Part shown: positions 20,660 through 34,605 of the stretch, piece after piece | Layout of the letters: every line of letters starts with the position of its first letter | How positions within the stretch are numbered: the stretch's first letter is position 1 | Source: Eledone cirrhosa | Taxonomy: Eukaryota | Direction: 5' to 3' | Length of the DNA: 64,000 nt | NCBI GenBank assembly: GCA_964016885.1 | Contig: CAXHJY010001204.1 | Span: 1 to 64,000, forward strand | The notes under the pieces: model-generated | Database searches by the model: none | What the model was told of the DNA's origin: nothing | What the model saw: the letters and a program-made list of their open reading frames with translations, nothing else | Position numbers and translations under genes: made by a program

Positions 20660-20838
20660 ACATTGATTGCTAGTATCGGTAGAGCGTCTGACGCCATGCT
20701 TTGCAGCAAAGAGTTACGGCCCTTTATGGTCTGAGTTCAAATCCCGCCGAGGTTAACTTTGCCTTTCATCCTTACCATAATAAAGTACCAGTAATACACT
20801 GAGATAATTGCTGGCCTTGTGCCAAAAGTAGAAACAAT
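20660..20838 (+). mobile_element. SINE family A
   Basis: GAGTTCAAATCCCGCCGAGGTTAACTTTGCCTTTCATCC. Confidence 0.85.
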
Positions 20839-20849
20839 ATATATATATA

Positions 20850-20885
<36 letters not shown>

Positions 20886-21021
20886 TATATATTAAAGAGT
20901 TAAACAATATTCAATGAGTATATCAAAGAATGAGTTTTACAGTAGATTGGAAGCACTCTATGGAAAATAATTTTCCAGAGTTATTAATATTAAAATACAA
21001 ATATGTTCTTTTTATCAATTA

Positions 21022-21076
21022 CATTTTATTACACATATTTCAGATGTACAACATTACGTCCTCATCAGACAAAATA
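21022..21076 (-). ncRNA. Type I hammerhead ribozyme motif (family H2)
   Basis: ATTTTGT-CTGATGA-GGACGTA ATGTTG TACATCT-GAAA-TATGTG-TA-ATAAAAT, GUA triplet. Downstream 20890-21020 is homologous to 44350-44490. Confidence 0.65.
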
Positions 21077-21549
21077 TAATGATACATGACATACCCTGAG
21101 ATGTTAAATGGTTAAGATTTAATCAAGGTAGTGATTAACCTAAGAGAAAGTTTAACATTTATACCCTAATAATGAGGAAATGCGAAAACGTAATAAATTC
21201 AATAGAGAATGTGTGAGTAAGAAAAACGTTGCTTAATGTAACAGTTATAGAGATTTTAAAATGTATGATACTACAATTTATCAGGGAAAGCCGTCAATGA
21301 GAGCCGTTGGGATAGGATATATAGAGAGAGGGAAGATAAGTGGTAATATATGTAGAAGAAGATTTTCTGAAAGTTTGAAAATATTTAATTTATGCTATTT
21401 TAGGGTGAAGAATCAACATTTTAGGTTTTTTTTTTAAAATTGCAGTTTATTTATTAGTTTTGTAAATTCAATAAGTGTTTTAACATTTCTAAACTTCAGA
21501 ATTTTATGAGGATAACTTTTAATGGATTTAGCTGGCCAGCGGAAAAGAA

Positions 21550-22450
21550 AGTTTACACTGTCGAATATTTTTCTAAATGTAAACTTTACCGGAGATATTC
21601 ATTGTCAACATATATGGTATGTAAATGTTATGAAGTATTTATTGTTAGAAATATTTAAATAACTATTATATATATATATATATATATATATTAATGAGCC
21701 TGTATATTTTAGGTAAATGATAACGAAAATAAAAATAAAATAATAGATTTAGGCATGCTAAAGTTAAATATAAACGTATATATAAAAGGGTGTAAATGCA
21801 TTGATTATTCATAGTTCAAAATAAATGATAATCAATAGATTTAACTAAAAATTATGTATAGAATGATACATGGAGGTTTATATGGATATAAATTAGGTAT
21901 TATTGATACAGTATACTTTAGGTAAATGATAACGGTTATAATTTTATATAATTGTTTCTACTTTAGGCACAAGGCCAGCAATTACCCAGTGCATTACTGG
22001 TACTTTATTTTATCGACCCCGTAAGGATGAAAGGCAAAGTCAACCTCGGCGGGATTTGAACTCAGATCGTAAAGGAACGTAACTAAGCTGGAAAGCATGG
22101 CGTCCGACCCTCTACCGATACTGCCAATAAGGTTCGAAACGTGTTATAGTTTAAAAAAAATATATATATAAGAAAAGCAAGGAAAATTTACACTTGAATA
22201 TTTTCCTAAATGTAAACTTTACCGAAGATAATCAGATGTCAACATAAGGTACGTAAATCTTATGAAGTACTTATTGTTAGAAATATTTAATTAACGATTA
22301 TGTATATAGATATTTATTAATGAGCCAGTATATTTTAGGTAAATGATAACGAAAAAAATATAATAGATTGAAGCATGCAAAGTTAAATATATACCAATAT
22401 AACAAGGTGTAACTGCATTAATTATTCATAGTCCGAAATAAATAATAATC
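21550..22450. repeat. Diverged direct duplication (~290 bp: 21550-21840 vs 22185-22450)
   Basis: Shared TTTACACT..CTAAATGTAAACTTTACC..TTTTAGGTAAATGATAACGAAAA..CATGC.AAGTTAAATATA. Confidence 0.8.
21948..22128 (-). mobile_element. SINE family A, full length
   Basis: Reverse complement of the full A box/B box/core/tail. Confidence 0.88.
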
Positions 22451-22666
22451 AAAAACACATGAAAAATTTACCGTTAGAAATCAGTTCCATAAAAATGTAT
22501 GGGCTGGATATTAAACTAAAATTTAAACCTTAGATAGGAAGATAAAGATAGAGAAATAAAGAAATAATGGTATGGATCAAAGTTAATTTTAATATTATGT
22601 TATGTATATCAATGTTCGGGTATGTTATTGACATTTTATAGACATATATATATATGTCACACATAG

Positions 22667-22733
<67 letters not shown>

Positions 22734-22740
<7 letters not shown>

Positions 22741-22951
22741 ATGACATATATACATACATAAATATCTAATGATATAAAATGTACACTAGGACATATTAAA
22801 CTTTAAAAAGAGAATCTATATTTAAAATGTTTGTTAAATTTTGATATGATACTGTAACCAACTATCTATTCTTACATTCTATACAGATTGTCTCTTATTA
22901 AAGTTTGATATGTCCTATTATACATTTATATGTATATATGTCATTCACTAT
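22734..22951. repeat. Imperfect inverted repeat next to (TA)n
   Basis: ATAGTGAATGACATATATACAT..TAGGACATATTAAACTTTAA vs TTAAAGTTTGATATGTCCTA..ATGTATATATGTCATTCACTAT. Confidence 0.85.
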
Positions 22952-23130
22952 TATGTAATGATTAAATGCTCGGATTTATTCTTTGAATATTTTCTTTGAG
23001 CTATTTTGGGAGACAAGACATGTTTGAGATTATCTCAATCATGATATATATATATATATACACATATATTCGATATATATACACACATATATGTATGTAT
23101 GTAGGTAGGTATATATATATATATATATAA

Positions 23131-23210
23131 AGGGTGTCCCCCAAAATATATACGCACTTCAATAGCATTCGAACAAATATTGCCTGTACAGGTAATGAAA
23201 GCGTGTATTC
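23131..23210. mobile_element. Tc1/mariner-type MITE copy, right end truncated
   Basis: Similar to 15182-15280. Confidence 0.55.
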
Positions 23211-23674
23211 GTGTGTGTGCGTGTGCGTGCGTGCGTGCGTGCGTGTGTGTGTGGATATATATATATACACACACACAAACACACACAAACATTCAATATT
23301 ATTGAGAAAAGGCGAACGCAAAAGAAACAAAACTTTTGTTTCTGAGAGTTTGTCTCATATCGATTTTATCGAGCAAAAGAACAACACAAAATAAATCAAT
23401 CGATATTATCGGGAAAGGACAAAAGTAAAACGATGTAAGGATTTCTGAAGATGGAGTCCATCTATCTATTATTGATATCATCGAGGAAATACAGATCATA
23501 AACACTTTACCAATAGTATTGATACTCTGCTATCCTACTCGAAGATACGTGCTGATTCCTCGATATTCCTGTTCTAATTTTCTACTATCATATTTATACA
23601 TACATACACACGCACATAATACATACATACACACGCACATAATACATACACACACACGCACATAATACATACGC

Positions 23675-23722
<48 letters not shown>

Positions 23723-23948
23723 GTGTATACACACACACTATTTACAAAAGGACATTTTTCCTTTTAAGTGCAATATAGACGTCTTTTATGACAGCCTTTC
23801 AAAAGACACCCAACTGAACTAAACGCTCCTTTCAACAATTCTTTTCCAAGAGGTGGTGAAATGAACAAACCTGCTTTTTCTGCAAGAAAGCCTTTTCGTT
23901 TCTGCCACTCCTCAAACTCTTCCATTTCTTCTTTAATTTCTCATTCTA

Positions 23949-24070
23949 TTTTCTGACGAATGACTAGCGTCCGAAACGCTAAGTCTCGTTTCTTTCTACA
24001 TCCAGCGTAAAACTAATATATTTCTTCATTTTACTGTGTCGTTTGCTTTGTTATTTCTGTTTACTTTTGC
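23949..24070 (+). mobile_element. Penelope-like 3' module (family H3) with degenerate hammerhead
   Basis: CTGACGA-ATGAC TAGC GTCC-GAAACG. Homologous copy on the minus strand at 54098-54190. Confidence 0.5.
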
Positions 24071-24639
24071 GTATACACATACATAGACACACAGACACAA
24101 TATATATATATATATATCCGTATGTAGTTGCCGGCTGAGAGAAAAGAGTACTTAATACCGAAGTAGTGTTTTACAGACACACACGTGTGTGTGTAGGTGT
24201 GTGTGTGTGTGTAAATTATACACATTGTGTCAACTGGGTTATCGTCAGTTTCATGTGTGAAGTACACATTATCTTAGATCAGAGACTTAACATACAACTT
24301 ATCATCAAACACCAACTAGTACCTGCACCACACGCGAAACCGACGGTCCCCTACATAAATTTAGGTGTATACTCTTTGTGAGTGTATGTATGTGAGTGTG
24401 TGTATGCGAGTGTGTGTACGCGAGTGTGTGTACGCGAGTGTGTGTACGCGAGTGTGTGTACGCGAGTGTGTGTACGCGTGTGTGTATTGAGTGTATGTAT
24501 TGAGTGTGTGTATGTGAGTGTGTGTATGTGAGTGTGTGTATGTGAGTGTATGCGTCTTTACTCCCTTTACTCTGTTGAGATATGTGCGTGTATGTTTGCA
24601 AATTAGCATTGATGACTTGTAAGATGAGGAAGTTAATGA

Positions 24640-25610
24640 TTATTGTGGTGGTGATGTTCATGCTGAGGAAGATGATGATGTTGTAGGAGCTGATGATTGG
24701 TACTGTTGCTGATGATGCTGATGATCGTAACGATGATAACGAGCAGCATACTGATAATGATGATGATAATGATGGATGATGATGATGGTGCTAATGGTGA
24801 TGATAATGATGATGATAATGGTGATGATAATGGTGATGATGGTGCTAATGGTGGTGATGATGATGATGGTGCTAATGGTGATGATAATGATGATAATGAT
24901 GATGGTGCTAATGGTGATGATGATGATGGTACTAATGGTGATGATGATGATGATGGTGCTAATGGTGGTGGTGATGATAATGGTGATGATGATGATGGTA
25001 CTAATGGTGATGATGATGATGGTACTGATGGTGATGATGATGATGATGATGATGGTGCTAATGGTGGTGATGATGATGATGGTGGTGCTAATGGTGGTGA
25101 TGATGATGATGGTGGTGCTAATGGTGGTGATGATGATGGTGGTGGTGCTAATGGTGGTGATGATGATGGTGGTGGTGGTGGTGGTGGTGGTGGTGATGAT
25201 GATGATGCTAATGATGATGATGATGATGCTAACGATGATGATGATGATGGTGATGATAATGGTCATGATAATATATGATAATGATGATAATGATGATAAT
25301 GATGATGGTGATGATGATGATGATGGTGCTAATGGTGATGATTGTGCTAATGGTGATGATGATGATGATGATGATAATGATGATGATGGTGCTAATGGTG
25401 ATGATGATGATATGATGATAATATGATGAATGATGGTAATGATGATGATGATGATGATAATGATGATGATGATGATGATAATGATGATGATAATGATGAT
25501 GATAATGGTGATGATGATGATAATGATGATGATAATGATGATGATAATGATGATGATAATGATGATGATGATAATGAAGATAATGATGATGGTGATAATG
25601 ATGATGATTT
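24640..25610. repeat. (GAT/GGT/AAT)n array
   Basis: Directly visible. Confidence 0.92.
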
Positions 25611-25796
25611 ATATCGAAGTATGATTTATGGCATTATTTATTTTGATGTCACAATACATTATGATAATGATGATGATGATATACAATATTATATTATATG
25701 GCGATAATGACAATTATTATGAACATGTAACTCATCATTGTGTTCATTATGATGATGATGACATCATCATCATAAGACATGCCAAGATGTGTACAC

Positions 25797-25828
<32 letters not shown>

Positions 25829-25947
25829 GTTTATACATGTGTATGTATGCATGAATGTATGTGTATATATATATATGTTTAGAAATGTGTATGTATGCAT
25901 GAATGTGTGTGTATATATATGTTTATACATGTGTATGTATGCATGAA

Positions 25948-25999
<52 letters not shown>

Positions 26000-26150
26000 A
26001 ATGTATGTGTATATACCAATGCATGCATGTATCTACATGTATGTATGTATATGTATGTATGTAAGAATGCATGAATGTATGTTTGTATGTATGAATGTAT
26101 GTTTGTATGTATATATGTATGTATGCATGTATATATATATATATGTTTGC

Positions 26151-26199
<49 letters not shown>

Positions 26200-26331
26200 A
26201 TGTATGTATATATATATATATATGTATGTATTTTATGCATGTATATATGTATATGTATGTATATATGTATATATATGTATGCATGCATGTATATATATAT
26301 ATATATATATGTATGCATGTACAAATGTATG

Positions 26332-26362
<31 letters not shown>

Positions 26363-26372
26363 GCATGCATGC

Positions 26373-26404
<32 letters not shown>

Positions 26405-26749
26405 GTATGCATATAGAAAGATAGACAGAAACACTGGACGAACGTGATATATTGAATAAGATTGTCTGAGAAGAATGGTGTAGATGATGATTATGATGAT
26501 TATGATGATTATGATGATTATGCTGATGAAGAGGAGGAAGAGAAGAAGTAGAAAGAAATGGCGGAAGATGAAGTGTGAAAGGAGATATAAATCTTAGGAA
26601 ATTAATAACCTGTATCTTACGTAATTGCGGTCAGAGGCTAACGTAAGTTTGGCAAAGGTTAATGACATCATATGTGATGTGGATTGTGGATTTATAGAGC
26701 CTGTTGTGTGTTTAGAGAATCACATAAGTATCGTGTGAACACCTACCTA

Positions 26750-27540
26750 ATCTACATACCTGCCAATACACCTATATATTTGCCTAGCTACGTACCTAAC
26801 CATACACATATATGGTTGCCTAGCTACGTACCTAACCATACACCTATATGGTTGCCTAGCTACGTACCTAACCATACACCTATATATTTGCCTACCTATA
26901 TACCTACTCATACAACTATATGTTTGCCTATCTATATACCTACTCATACAACTATATGTTTGCCTACCTATATTCCTACTCATACACCTATATGTTTGCC
27001 TATCTATATACCTACTCATACAACTATATGTTTGCCTACCTATATTCCTACTCATACACCTATATGTTTGCCTATCTATATACCTACTCATACAACTATA
27101 TGTTTGCCTATCTATATACCTACTCATACAACTATATGTTTGCCTATCTATATACCTACTCATACAACTATATGTTTGCCTATCTATATACCTACTCATA
27201 CAACTATATGTTTGCCTACCTATATACCTACTCATACACCTTTATGTTTGCCTATCTATATACCTACTCATACAACTATATGTTTGCCTACCTATATACC
27301 TACTCATACACCTTTATGTTTGCCTACCTATATACCTACTCATACACCTTTATGTTTGCCTATCTATATACCTACTCATACAACTATATGTTTGCCTATC
27401 TATATACCTACTCATACAACTATATGTTTGCCTAACTATATACCTAACCATACACCTATATGTTTGCCTCTTAACTTATCTACCCGAACACCTATATTTT
27501 TGCCTACATACGTAACTATATTGATACCTACATACTTACC
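26750..27540. repeat. 36-bp minisatellite (~20 units)
   Basis: Unit TTTGCCTATCTATATACCTACTCATACAACTATATG. Confidence 0.93.
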
Positions 27541-27979
27541 TACCTAGCTGTATACCCAGTTATATAACTAGCTACCTACATTCCTATCTACCTAACTAGC
27601 TATCTACATAAGTAGGTATAAAGGTAGCTAGCTATCTAACGATCTAATTATATACCTTTAATCCAACCGACCTATGTACCTTCCCACCTACATATCTACC
27701 TACCTACCTATGTGCCCACCTATCTACCTACCTACCTATGTGCCCACCTATCTACCTAACTAATTATATATCCCATATTCCTACCTACCTCCCTATTTCT
27801 TGTAGGTAAGCTATCTACGGACTGGTTCATTCTGTAGAAATACAACTAAAAACAGACAATGTCATTCCAATTCATACTAAACATGAGTAAACGTGTTTCC
27901 TCATAACTTAAAACTCTTCATCTTATTTTAGTTACGAAGCAACAGAGAGACAAATATTTATGTATTGTGTCTATATATG

Positions 27980-28420
27980 GAGGCTGTTGATTGGTAGATA
28001 CATTAGGAGTTCGGGTAGATTAATGAGAGGTATTCGTTCTAACGCTTTACGTTCTCAGTTCAAATTTGCTTCTCATCCTTTCGTGGTCGATAAAACAAAC
28101 TGACACCTCCTGTGGTCGATATAATCAACTTCAGTTCCCCTCACACATACCACCAATAAAGTAATTGTTGACCTTGTGCCAGAATTAGAAACCATTAAAG
28201 CGTGGTGGATTGGCAGAATTGTCAGAGAATCGGATAAAATGCCATAATGGTGTTTGGTTCGATTCATTACATTTTGAGTTCCAATTCCGCCGACGAGGTC
28301 AATTTTGCCTTTCATCTTTCCGTGGTCGAAAAAATAAAGTACTAGATAAGTACTGGGGTCGATTTCATCAACATTGCCCTTCTCAAAAATGTATCGGCTT
28401 TGTATCGAAATTAGAACTTT
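27980..28420 (+). mobile_element. Two tandem diverged SINE family A-related copies
   Basis: CTTCTCATCCTTTCGTGGTCGATAAA and TTTGCCTTTCATCTTTCCGTGGTCGAAAAAATAAAGTAC cores. Confidence 0.75.
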
Positions 28421-28789
28421 TTATGCTGTCAATATATTTTCCTTCCTCGGTGAGAGATGGGGTGAGCGGGAGAGACGGGGTGAGCGGGAGAGACGGGGGC
28501 AATAACAGTGGGTGTCTGGTTCTTTTGGTGTATATATGTGTATATAAGCTTGTGGAGTTCTGCAACTGAATTTAGTGTCTGTGTCTATCTATCTAATCGG
28601 TATTAAATCACCTACCCTTCCTTATTTATTTCTACTGCCAAGTCCTTTAACATTCTCCTATAAAAAGTAAGGATAGGGGAATATTTCAATCTTTCAATCT
28701 TTTGTAAGTAATCTTCTAATATTTTAAGTGCGGCTCACCAAATCCTTTAGCAATTTGTTTAATACAATTTTCGTGGCTCCTGAAAAAGC

Positions 28790-29130
28790 ATTGCCGAAGA
28801 CTTAAGTGGTTCATTTCACAATCATTAGGCCCTGAATTCGACCCCGCGACGTGGCATATGGTGCAAATGTCATTTACTATAGCATGGGTCGACCCGTGCC
28901 TCGTGCGTAAAAGTGGGCACGCGGAAACTGTGGAAGCCTGTCGGAAGGACTGAATCAGTATTTCAAATGTCCAGCTTTATCACACCATCTCATGCTGAAT
29001 TTCACCATGGCTTACTTTATGGGTACACATGACTTTGTGATGCTCAGTTATTTACACATCAATTTCATGAGCAGGCTGTTCCATTGATCGAACCACTGGA
29101 ACACTCGTTGTCGAAGCCGACGGAAGTCCA
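28790..29130 (+). mobile_element. Diverged SINE (family C); 3' part shared with 45935-46170
   Basis: B-box-like GAATTCGACCCC, then TACTATAGC..CGGAAACTG..GAAGCC. The GTACACATG..AATTTCATGAGCAGG..ACTGGAACA block recurs at 46050-46140. Confidence 0.55.
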
Positions 29131-29579
29131 TCGAATCGCTGTTTCATTTATTACCGCTTCTTTCTCTCAATTTTTCCATCGTAAATTTACGTAAAAACTT
29201 ATTTCCCCCATATCCTCCCACTTTTCATATTTTTAGATCTTGTTTTAATGAGAAAAGGAAACTTTAAGTCATCTCTACACAATTTGTTAAAAGGAACCGG
29301 AAATAATTCGTGTTCATTGTTTTCCGTTATTATAAAGAGTTTCTCTCCATTACACACTTGATTTGTCTCTGTTTCCCCCTCATGAGATAAGCATGAGAAG
29401 GCTATTTTTTATAGGTATAGTCAGACGAAATGGGCAGTAACACTGACCTTCATAGACCCTCTTCATATTAAAATGAAATCCACTGTAAAGGAAAGACAAT
29501 AATAAAGAAGATAAAAGGAATAACATTTATTGTTGAACAAAAGTATATTCAACAACAATAACAATAAAAATATATTCAG

Positions 29580-30380
29580 ATAATTATTTCTACATTTGGC
29601 TCAAGGTCAGCAATTTGAAGGGGAAAGTGGAATAACTCGATCTCAGTGTGTTACTAGTACATTATTTTATAGACCACGTGAGGATGAAAGATAAAGCTAA
29701 TCCCGAGGTGATTTGAACACAAACGGTAAAAGGCCGTAATTATATATCGCAAAGCCTTTTGTCTGACGCTCTACCGATATTGCCAACTCAGCGCTCTTTG
29801 TTAATAATTGTTTACACTTTTGGCACAAGGCCAGTCGTTAAACAATGTATTACTGGTACTTTATTTTATCGACCCCGTAAAGATGAAAGGCAAAGTTAAC
29901 CTCGGCGGGATTTGAACTCGGATCATAAAGGGACGTAACTGTTTGCTGCAAAGCATGGCGTCCGATCCTCTACTGATACTGCCAATCCCCAGCCCTACTC
30001 TTTGTTAATAAATGGTTCTACTGTTGGCACAAGGCCAGCAATTTCCCAGTATATTACTGGTACTTTATTTTATCGACCCCGTAAGTATGAAGGGCAAAGT
30101 TAACCTCGACGGGATTTGAACTCAGACCGTAAAGGGACGTAACTATGCTGGAAAGTATGGTGTCCGACCCTCTACCGATACTGCCAATTCACCAATGATT
30201 TCTGATTTACCCTTAAGGTCAACAATTTTGGGAGAGAGGAAAGTCGATTAAATAGACCCCATTACTTTACTGGTACAATAATTTTATAAAGCCTGGAAGG
30301 ATGAAAAACAAAGTTGACAACTGCAGGATTTTGAACTCAGAACGTAAAGGGTCGTAACTAGATACATCAAAACACTTCGA
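29580..30380 (-). mobile_element. Four head-to-tail SINE family A copies
   Basis: GATGAAARGCAAAGTTAACCTCG-like core repeated at ~200-bp spacing. Confidence 0.85.
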
Positions 30381-30624
30381 TGTTTTCGAAATTTCTCTTC
30401 AGTTTCGACCCGACCAGCAATATCTCATTTGTAAGCCTAGTTCATCCCTCCTGAAGAAGGTGACTCGAGAGAGGAAATGGTAGATGCAGCGGGTGCCAAA
30501 GGCTATCCTCCGCGACAATACTTTCTTGTCCCCAGGAAGCAGCTGAGATATATCCCCTAGCGAAATCCCTATCGGGCTGTAGATGCATCATCGATTCTTC
30601 GCGTGTTTTAGCCAAAATCGATAT

Positions 30625-30759
<135 letters not shown>

Positions 30760-30761
30760 TG

Positions 30762-31516
30762 TGTCGACCATGAAAGGACGAAAAGCAAAGTTGACTTCGG
30801 CGGGATTTGAACACAGGGCGCACAAGCCACCCGGAATGCGTAGAGCAAAGGAGAGCATTCTATTTGATACCATAACAACTCTGCTAGTTGATTCACCAAG
30901 ACCTACATGTCCATCATTTCATGGCCCCTTATCTCCTGATCCAGTAGAAAAGGTATATAGATATGGTGGTGTCCATGATTCTGTAGGTCTGAACACAGCC
31001 AATTTCTTCTAGACAGAGAGAGGAGGTGGGGGAAATTGACCCCAGTCCCAAGCTGGAAAATTGTTTATCGACAACGAATGAATGGGTGAAAGACATATTT
31101 TGAACACGGATCACCGAGAGCCGAAATGAATACATCAAAACCAAACATTCTATCTTACTGTCCTATCGACTCTGCCAATTTCACACCTAGACATGTTACA
31201 TATACTGTATGTATGTATGGTCCAGTAATTGCTGATAGAGTCGGAGGGATGCCTCTTATTGACATGAAGCCTGGTGGAGCTCATCCCCCCTCTCCAGGCC
31301 TGAGTATAGCAGATTTCTTCCAGAGAAAATGAAAGAGAAGAAATGAGAAAGCGATATGGAGGAAGAATCCAACTCAGTCATTTTTTTTGAATCGACATCG
31401 AAAGGATGAAAGGCAAAGTTGACCTCGGCAGGATTTGAACTCAGGGAGCAGAGAGCCGGAACGAACACCATAAAACATTCGATCCGACGTTCTAACGACT
31501 CTGCTAATTCGCCGCC
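30762..31516 (-). mobile_element. Three diverged SINE family A-related fragments (30762-30895, 31020-31185, 31390-31516)
   Basis: AAAGTTGACYTCGGCRGGATTTGAAC cores. Confidence 0.65.
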
Positions 31517-31620
31517 TATATATACTTAACTACATCAATTCCGATTTGAAAGTCAATATTTATCTGTAGACAGAACATAAATCGTAAGTAAAAGTAAACA
31601 GTAAAATAAAGAGATATGAT

Positions 31621-31656
<36 letters not shown>

Positions 31657-31954
31657 CTTATTTTCCTATTTTAAGTAATAAGTACTAAAAGTCAGATGAT
31701 AGTTATTTGATTAGTATTTAGTTTTCTTCAAAGAAAAACAAACATGTTTATGTGTTATGAATGGTCGCCTGTGTGGATTCTGATAACTGCAGCTAATAAT
31801 GTTATATTTATTATAGTCATGTAAATACTACATAGAATATAGAATATCTTAATACTTTCTACGTATTATATATATATATATATATACATACATACATACA
31901 TATATATATATATGTATGTATGTATGTATGCTCGCATATATTTATATGTAAATG

Positions 31955-32090
31955 TCGAGATCATTCGGAGGTAACCATCATAAGGTACTCAATACGTTAG
32001 TAGAGTGGAAACATCATGTTTAATATAGAAATGGATTCTACATGATTAGAAGTTCTAGTCCTGTTGAAACCATTTCTATATTAAAGATGA
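31955..32090. mobile_element. Short hairpin element family E, copy 1
   Basis: GTACTCAATAC leader + hairpin TTTAATATAGAAATGG..CCATTTCTATATTAAA. Second copy at 32640-32775. Confidence 0.6.
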
Positions 32091-32098
32091 CACACACA

Positions 32099-32394
32099 CG
32101 AGGTTGACTTTGCCTTTCATCCTTACGGGGTCGATAAAATAAAGTACCAGTAATGTATTGGGTAATTGCTGGCCTTGTGCCTAAAGTAGAAACAATTATA
32201 TATATATTAGGCGGTGGATTGGCAGTATCGGTAGCGGATCGGACGCCATGCTTTAACGCATAGAGTTACGGCCCTTGCTATTCTGAGTTCAAATCCCGCC
32301 CAGGTTAACTTTGCCTTTCATCCTTACAGGGTCGATTAAATAAAGTACCAGTAATGCACTGGGTAATTACTGGCCTTGTGCTAAATGTAGAAAC

Positions 32395-32400
<6 letters not shown>
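32099..32400 (+). mobile_element. SINE family A: 3' half followed by a full copy
   Basis: Full copy 32209-32400 has A and B boxes and ends in (TA)n. Confidence 0.88.
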
Positions 32401-32422
<22 letters not shown>

Positions 32423-32425
<3 letters not shown>

Positions 32426-32631
32426 ACAAAAATAATGTGGTAAGGTACCAGGTGGACCATAACGCACCAGAGTACTCAATACTTAGGGTGGTAGAATGGG
32501 TAATAGGAACAGAATCAGGACCCCGGCAGATGAATTCCGGCCGTTTCGACAGCTACGTCTGACCGGATCCGATCGGATCTAGCTGTCGAAACAGCCGGAG
32601 CTTAGCCGTTGGGGTCCTGACTATTTTCCTA
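32423..32631. mobile_element. Short hairpin element family P, copy 1
   Basis: Leader GTGGTAAGG.ACCAG.TGGACCATAACGCACCA.AGTACTCAATA + ~60-bp-arm hairpin, TA-flanked. Confidence 0.75.
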
Positions 32632-32639
32632 TATATGTG

Positions 32640-32775
32640 TGAATCCTGAGTTCTATCGGGGGTAACCTCAGTAAGTAAGGTACTCAATACGTTAGTAGAT
32701 TGTAAACATGTTTAATATAGAAATGGATTCTACAGAATTAGAAGTTCTATTCCTGGAGAAACCATTTCTATATTC
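32640..32775. mobile_element. Short hairpin element family E, copy 2
   Basis: Homologous to 31955-32090. Confidence 0.6.
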
Positions 32776-34261
32776 ATTAAGCACGCAGACACACACATAT
32801 CAGTATTTAGTTGACGACTGAGAGAAAGGAGTCCTCGTACCAAATTTTAATATTCATTTAATTAGGCTGAATAGTGAGTTTCGTTATTCTGGTGTTTCAT
32901 CTGTTTATCACAGGGTCATCAGATAAGACTCACTACTCAGCTTTAATAAATGAACACACATATATTCTGTTTACGAATGCTGGGCTGGTGGACTGCTGAT
33001 TTGTCCGATAATATTGATCTTAGTACTGTGATGCTTATTTTATGTTATCACTATCAAAGACGTTCTGATAATAAAAGGGATCATAAGGTATTTTGTACGA
33101 CGTACCGATTTATCAATTTATTTATTTGGGAGTTCAACAGGTACCGTTAGTTGAGTGAAAATGTAAGCAATCAAAATGATTGAAAACAGACCGACATTGA
33201 TTTCAGTAAGACCTGAAGTCATACGAACACTCGTTAAATACACATTGCTCCCACTGTTTAAAAGAGTGTTGTACTAACTTCCCACGTTATAATTTTCTAG
33301 ATAGTTGCACGAATAAACAAGACAGCCTCTACAAGATTGCTCGACTTTGTAGAAATAGTAGTCAAATCATATTCAGTTTACGCTATTCCCCCTTGAAAGA
33401 GAGGCCTCCATCTCGTTACAGATAATCACAATGACGAACGAGATGACCTTTGCTGAAACACTTTGAGTCAATGCTAATCCTGTGTTAATCATCAACAACA
33501 GGAGTCGAAATCAGGTCGGACCAAGGAAACAATGTTTCCATTCATTATTTCGTTGATGATACTATTTGTCGGTTGCAAATCCTGCCAAATATAGCATTTT
33601 ACTCGAGAAAATAAGGCACCTCTAGGTCCAGGAATCGAACCCAAGGCCTTTCGATAGTGCGTACAAGTATCTAACCACTAGGCCGCATCAACAACAACTA
33701 TGAAATCATGCTGTGAATCCATGAATGTATGGACCAGAGATATTGTGAAGTGTCAGCAATAGAATACGAACCCCTACCTGTATAGATAATAGTGCAGTAA
33801 TACCTTACACAATTACCTAGTTTTTGAGGTCCTCGACCTCTCTTGTGTTTATGTGTGGAAATAGAACAGGAAGTAGTAGTAATCACTTCCGTAACCCGTT
33901 CACGCTCTCTTGAAGCGGAAGAGTAAAAAAGAAAATAATTTGGGTGTGGCAAGTGATATTGTAATGGTTATTAATGTGTAATGTTAAATGTGAAGTAGGT
34001 AAGTAGTTGTTTGAAATAAACGGATAAACTGTCAATGGCTAGACGTGAAGAGCTGATTTAAAGTTTTATTTAAATATTTAAGTATTTAAATATCCTAAAG
34101 TGGAGTACTGCCGGAGGAAGAGTGAGTGGTGGGTGGAGGAAGAAGATTTACGATAGTTTATTTTTGATGCCACATTTCTGGGTTCAATATGCAGAAGTAA
34201 ACTTTAATTTTTATTACACCTGAGAACAAACATAAAAGAAATTATAAAACAAATACCAGTC

Positions 34262-34573
34262 AACTATATATATAAAACTGAGGATGTCTGTCTGTGTGTG
34301 TGTGTGAGTTTGAATCCCTAAAATGCGAGAACCACCAAACCGACTGTTTTCAAACTTTACACATGTAATACTTATGTTTCAGGGAGTGTTCTGAGCAAAA
34401 AAATATTCAAAATTTCAATGCCCTAGGGACCGCATTAGGCGATTTAGCGATCTCTCTCTATAATTCTTAGTCTTTCTCTTTTTAGATAGATACATACATA
34501 TAACGAGCGCCTTTATAATATCTGTCTGTATGTCTGGCTGTCTGCATTACGTCACTTCCTTGAGGATGTCTCT

Positions 34574-34605
<32 letters not shown>

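Noticed and set aside
24658-25707. Asp/Gly-rich acidic biomineralisation-like ORF
   Set aside because: It is a (GAT)n microsatellite with frame breaks and no signal peptide or exon boundaries.
26684-27547. 287-aa ORF with a 12-aa repeat; also considered as a CRISPR-like array
   Set aside because: It is a 36-bp tandem minisatellite with no unique spacers, and it is open in several frames.
32880-32930. CTGATGA..GAAA on the minus strand
   Set aside because: The base of stem II is unpaired and there is no UH at the expected position, so it is too degenerate to call.
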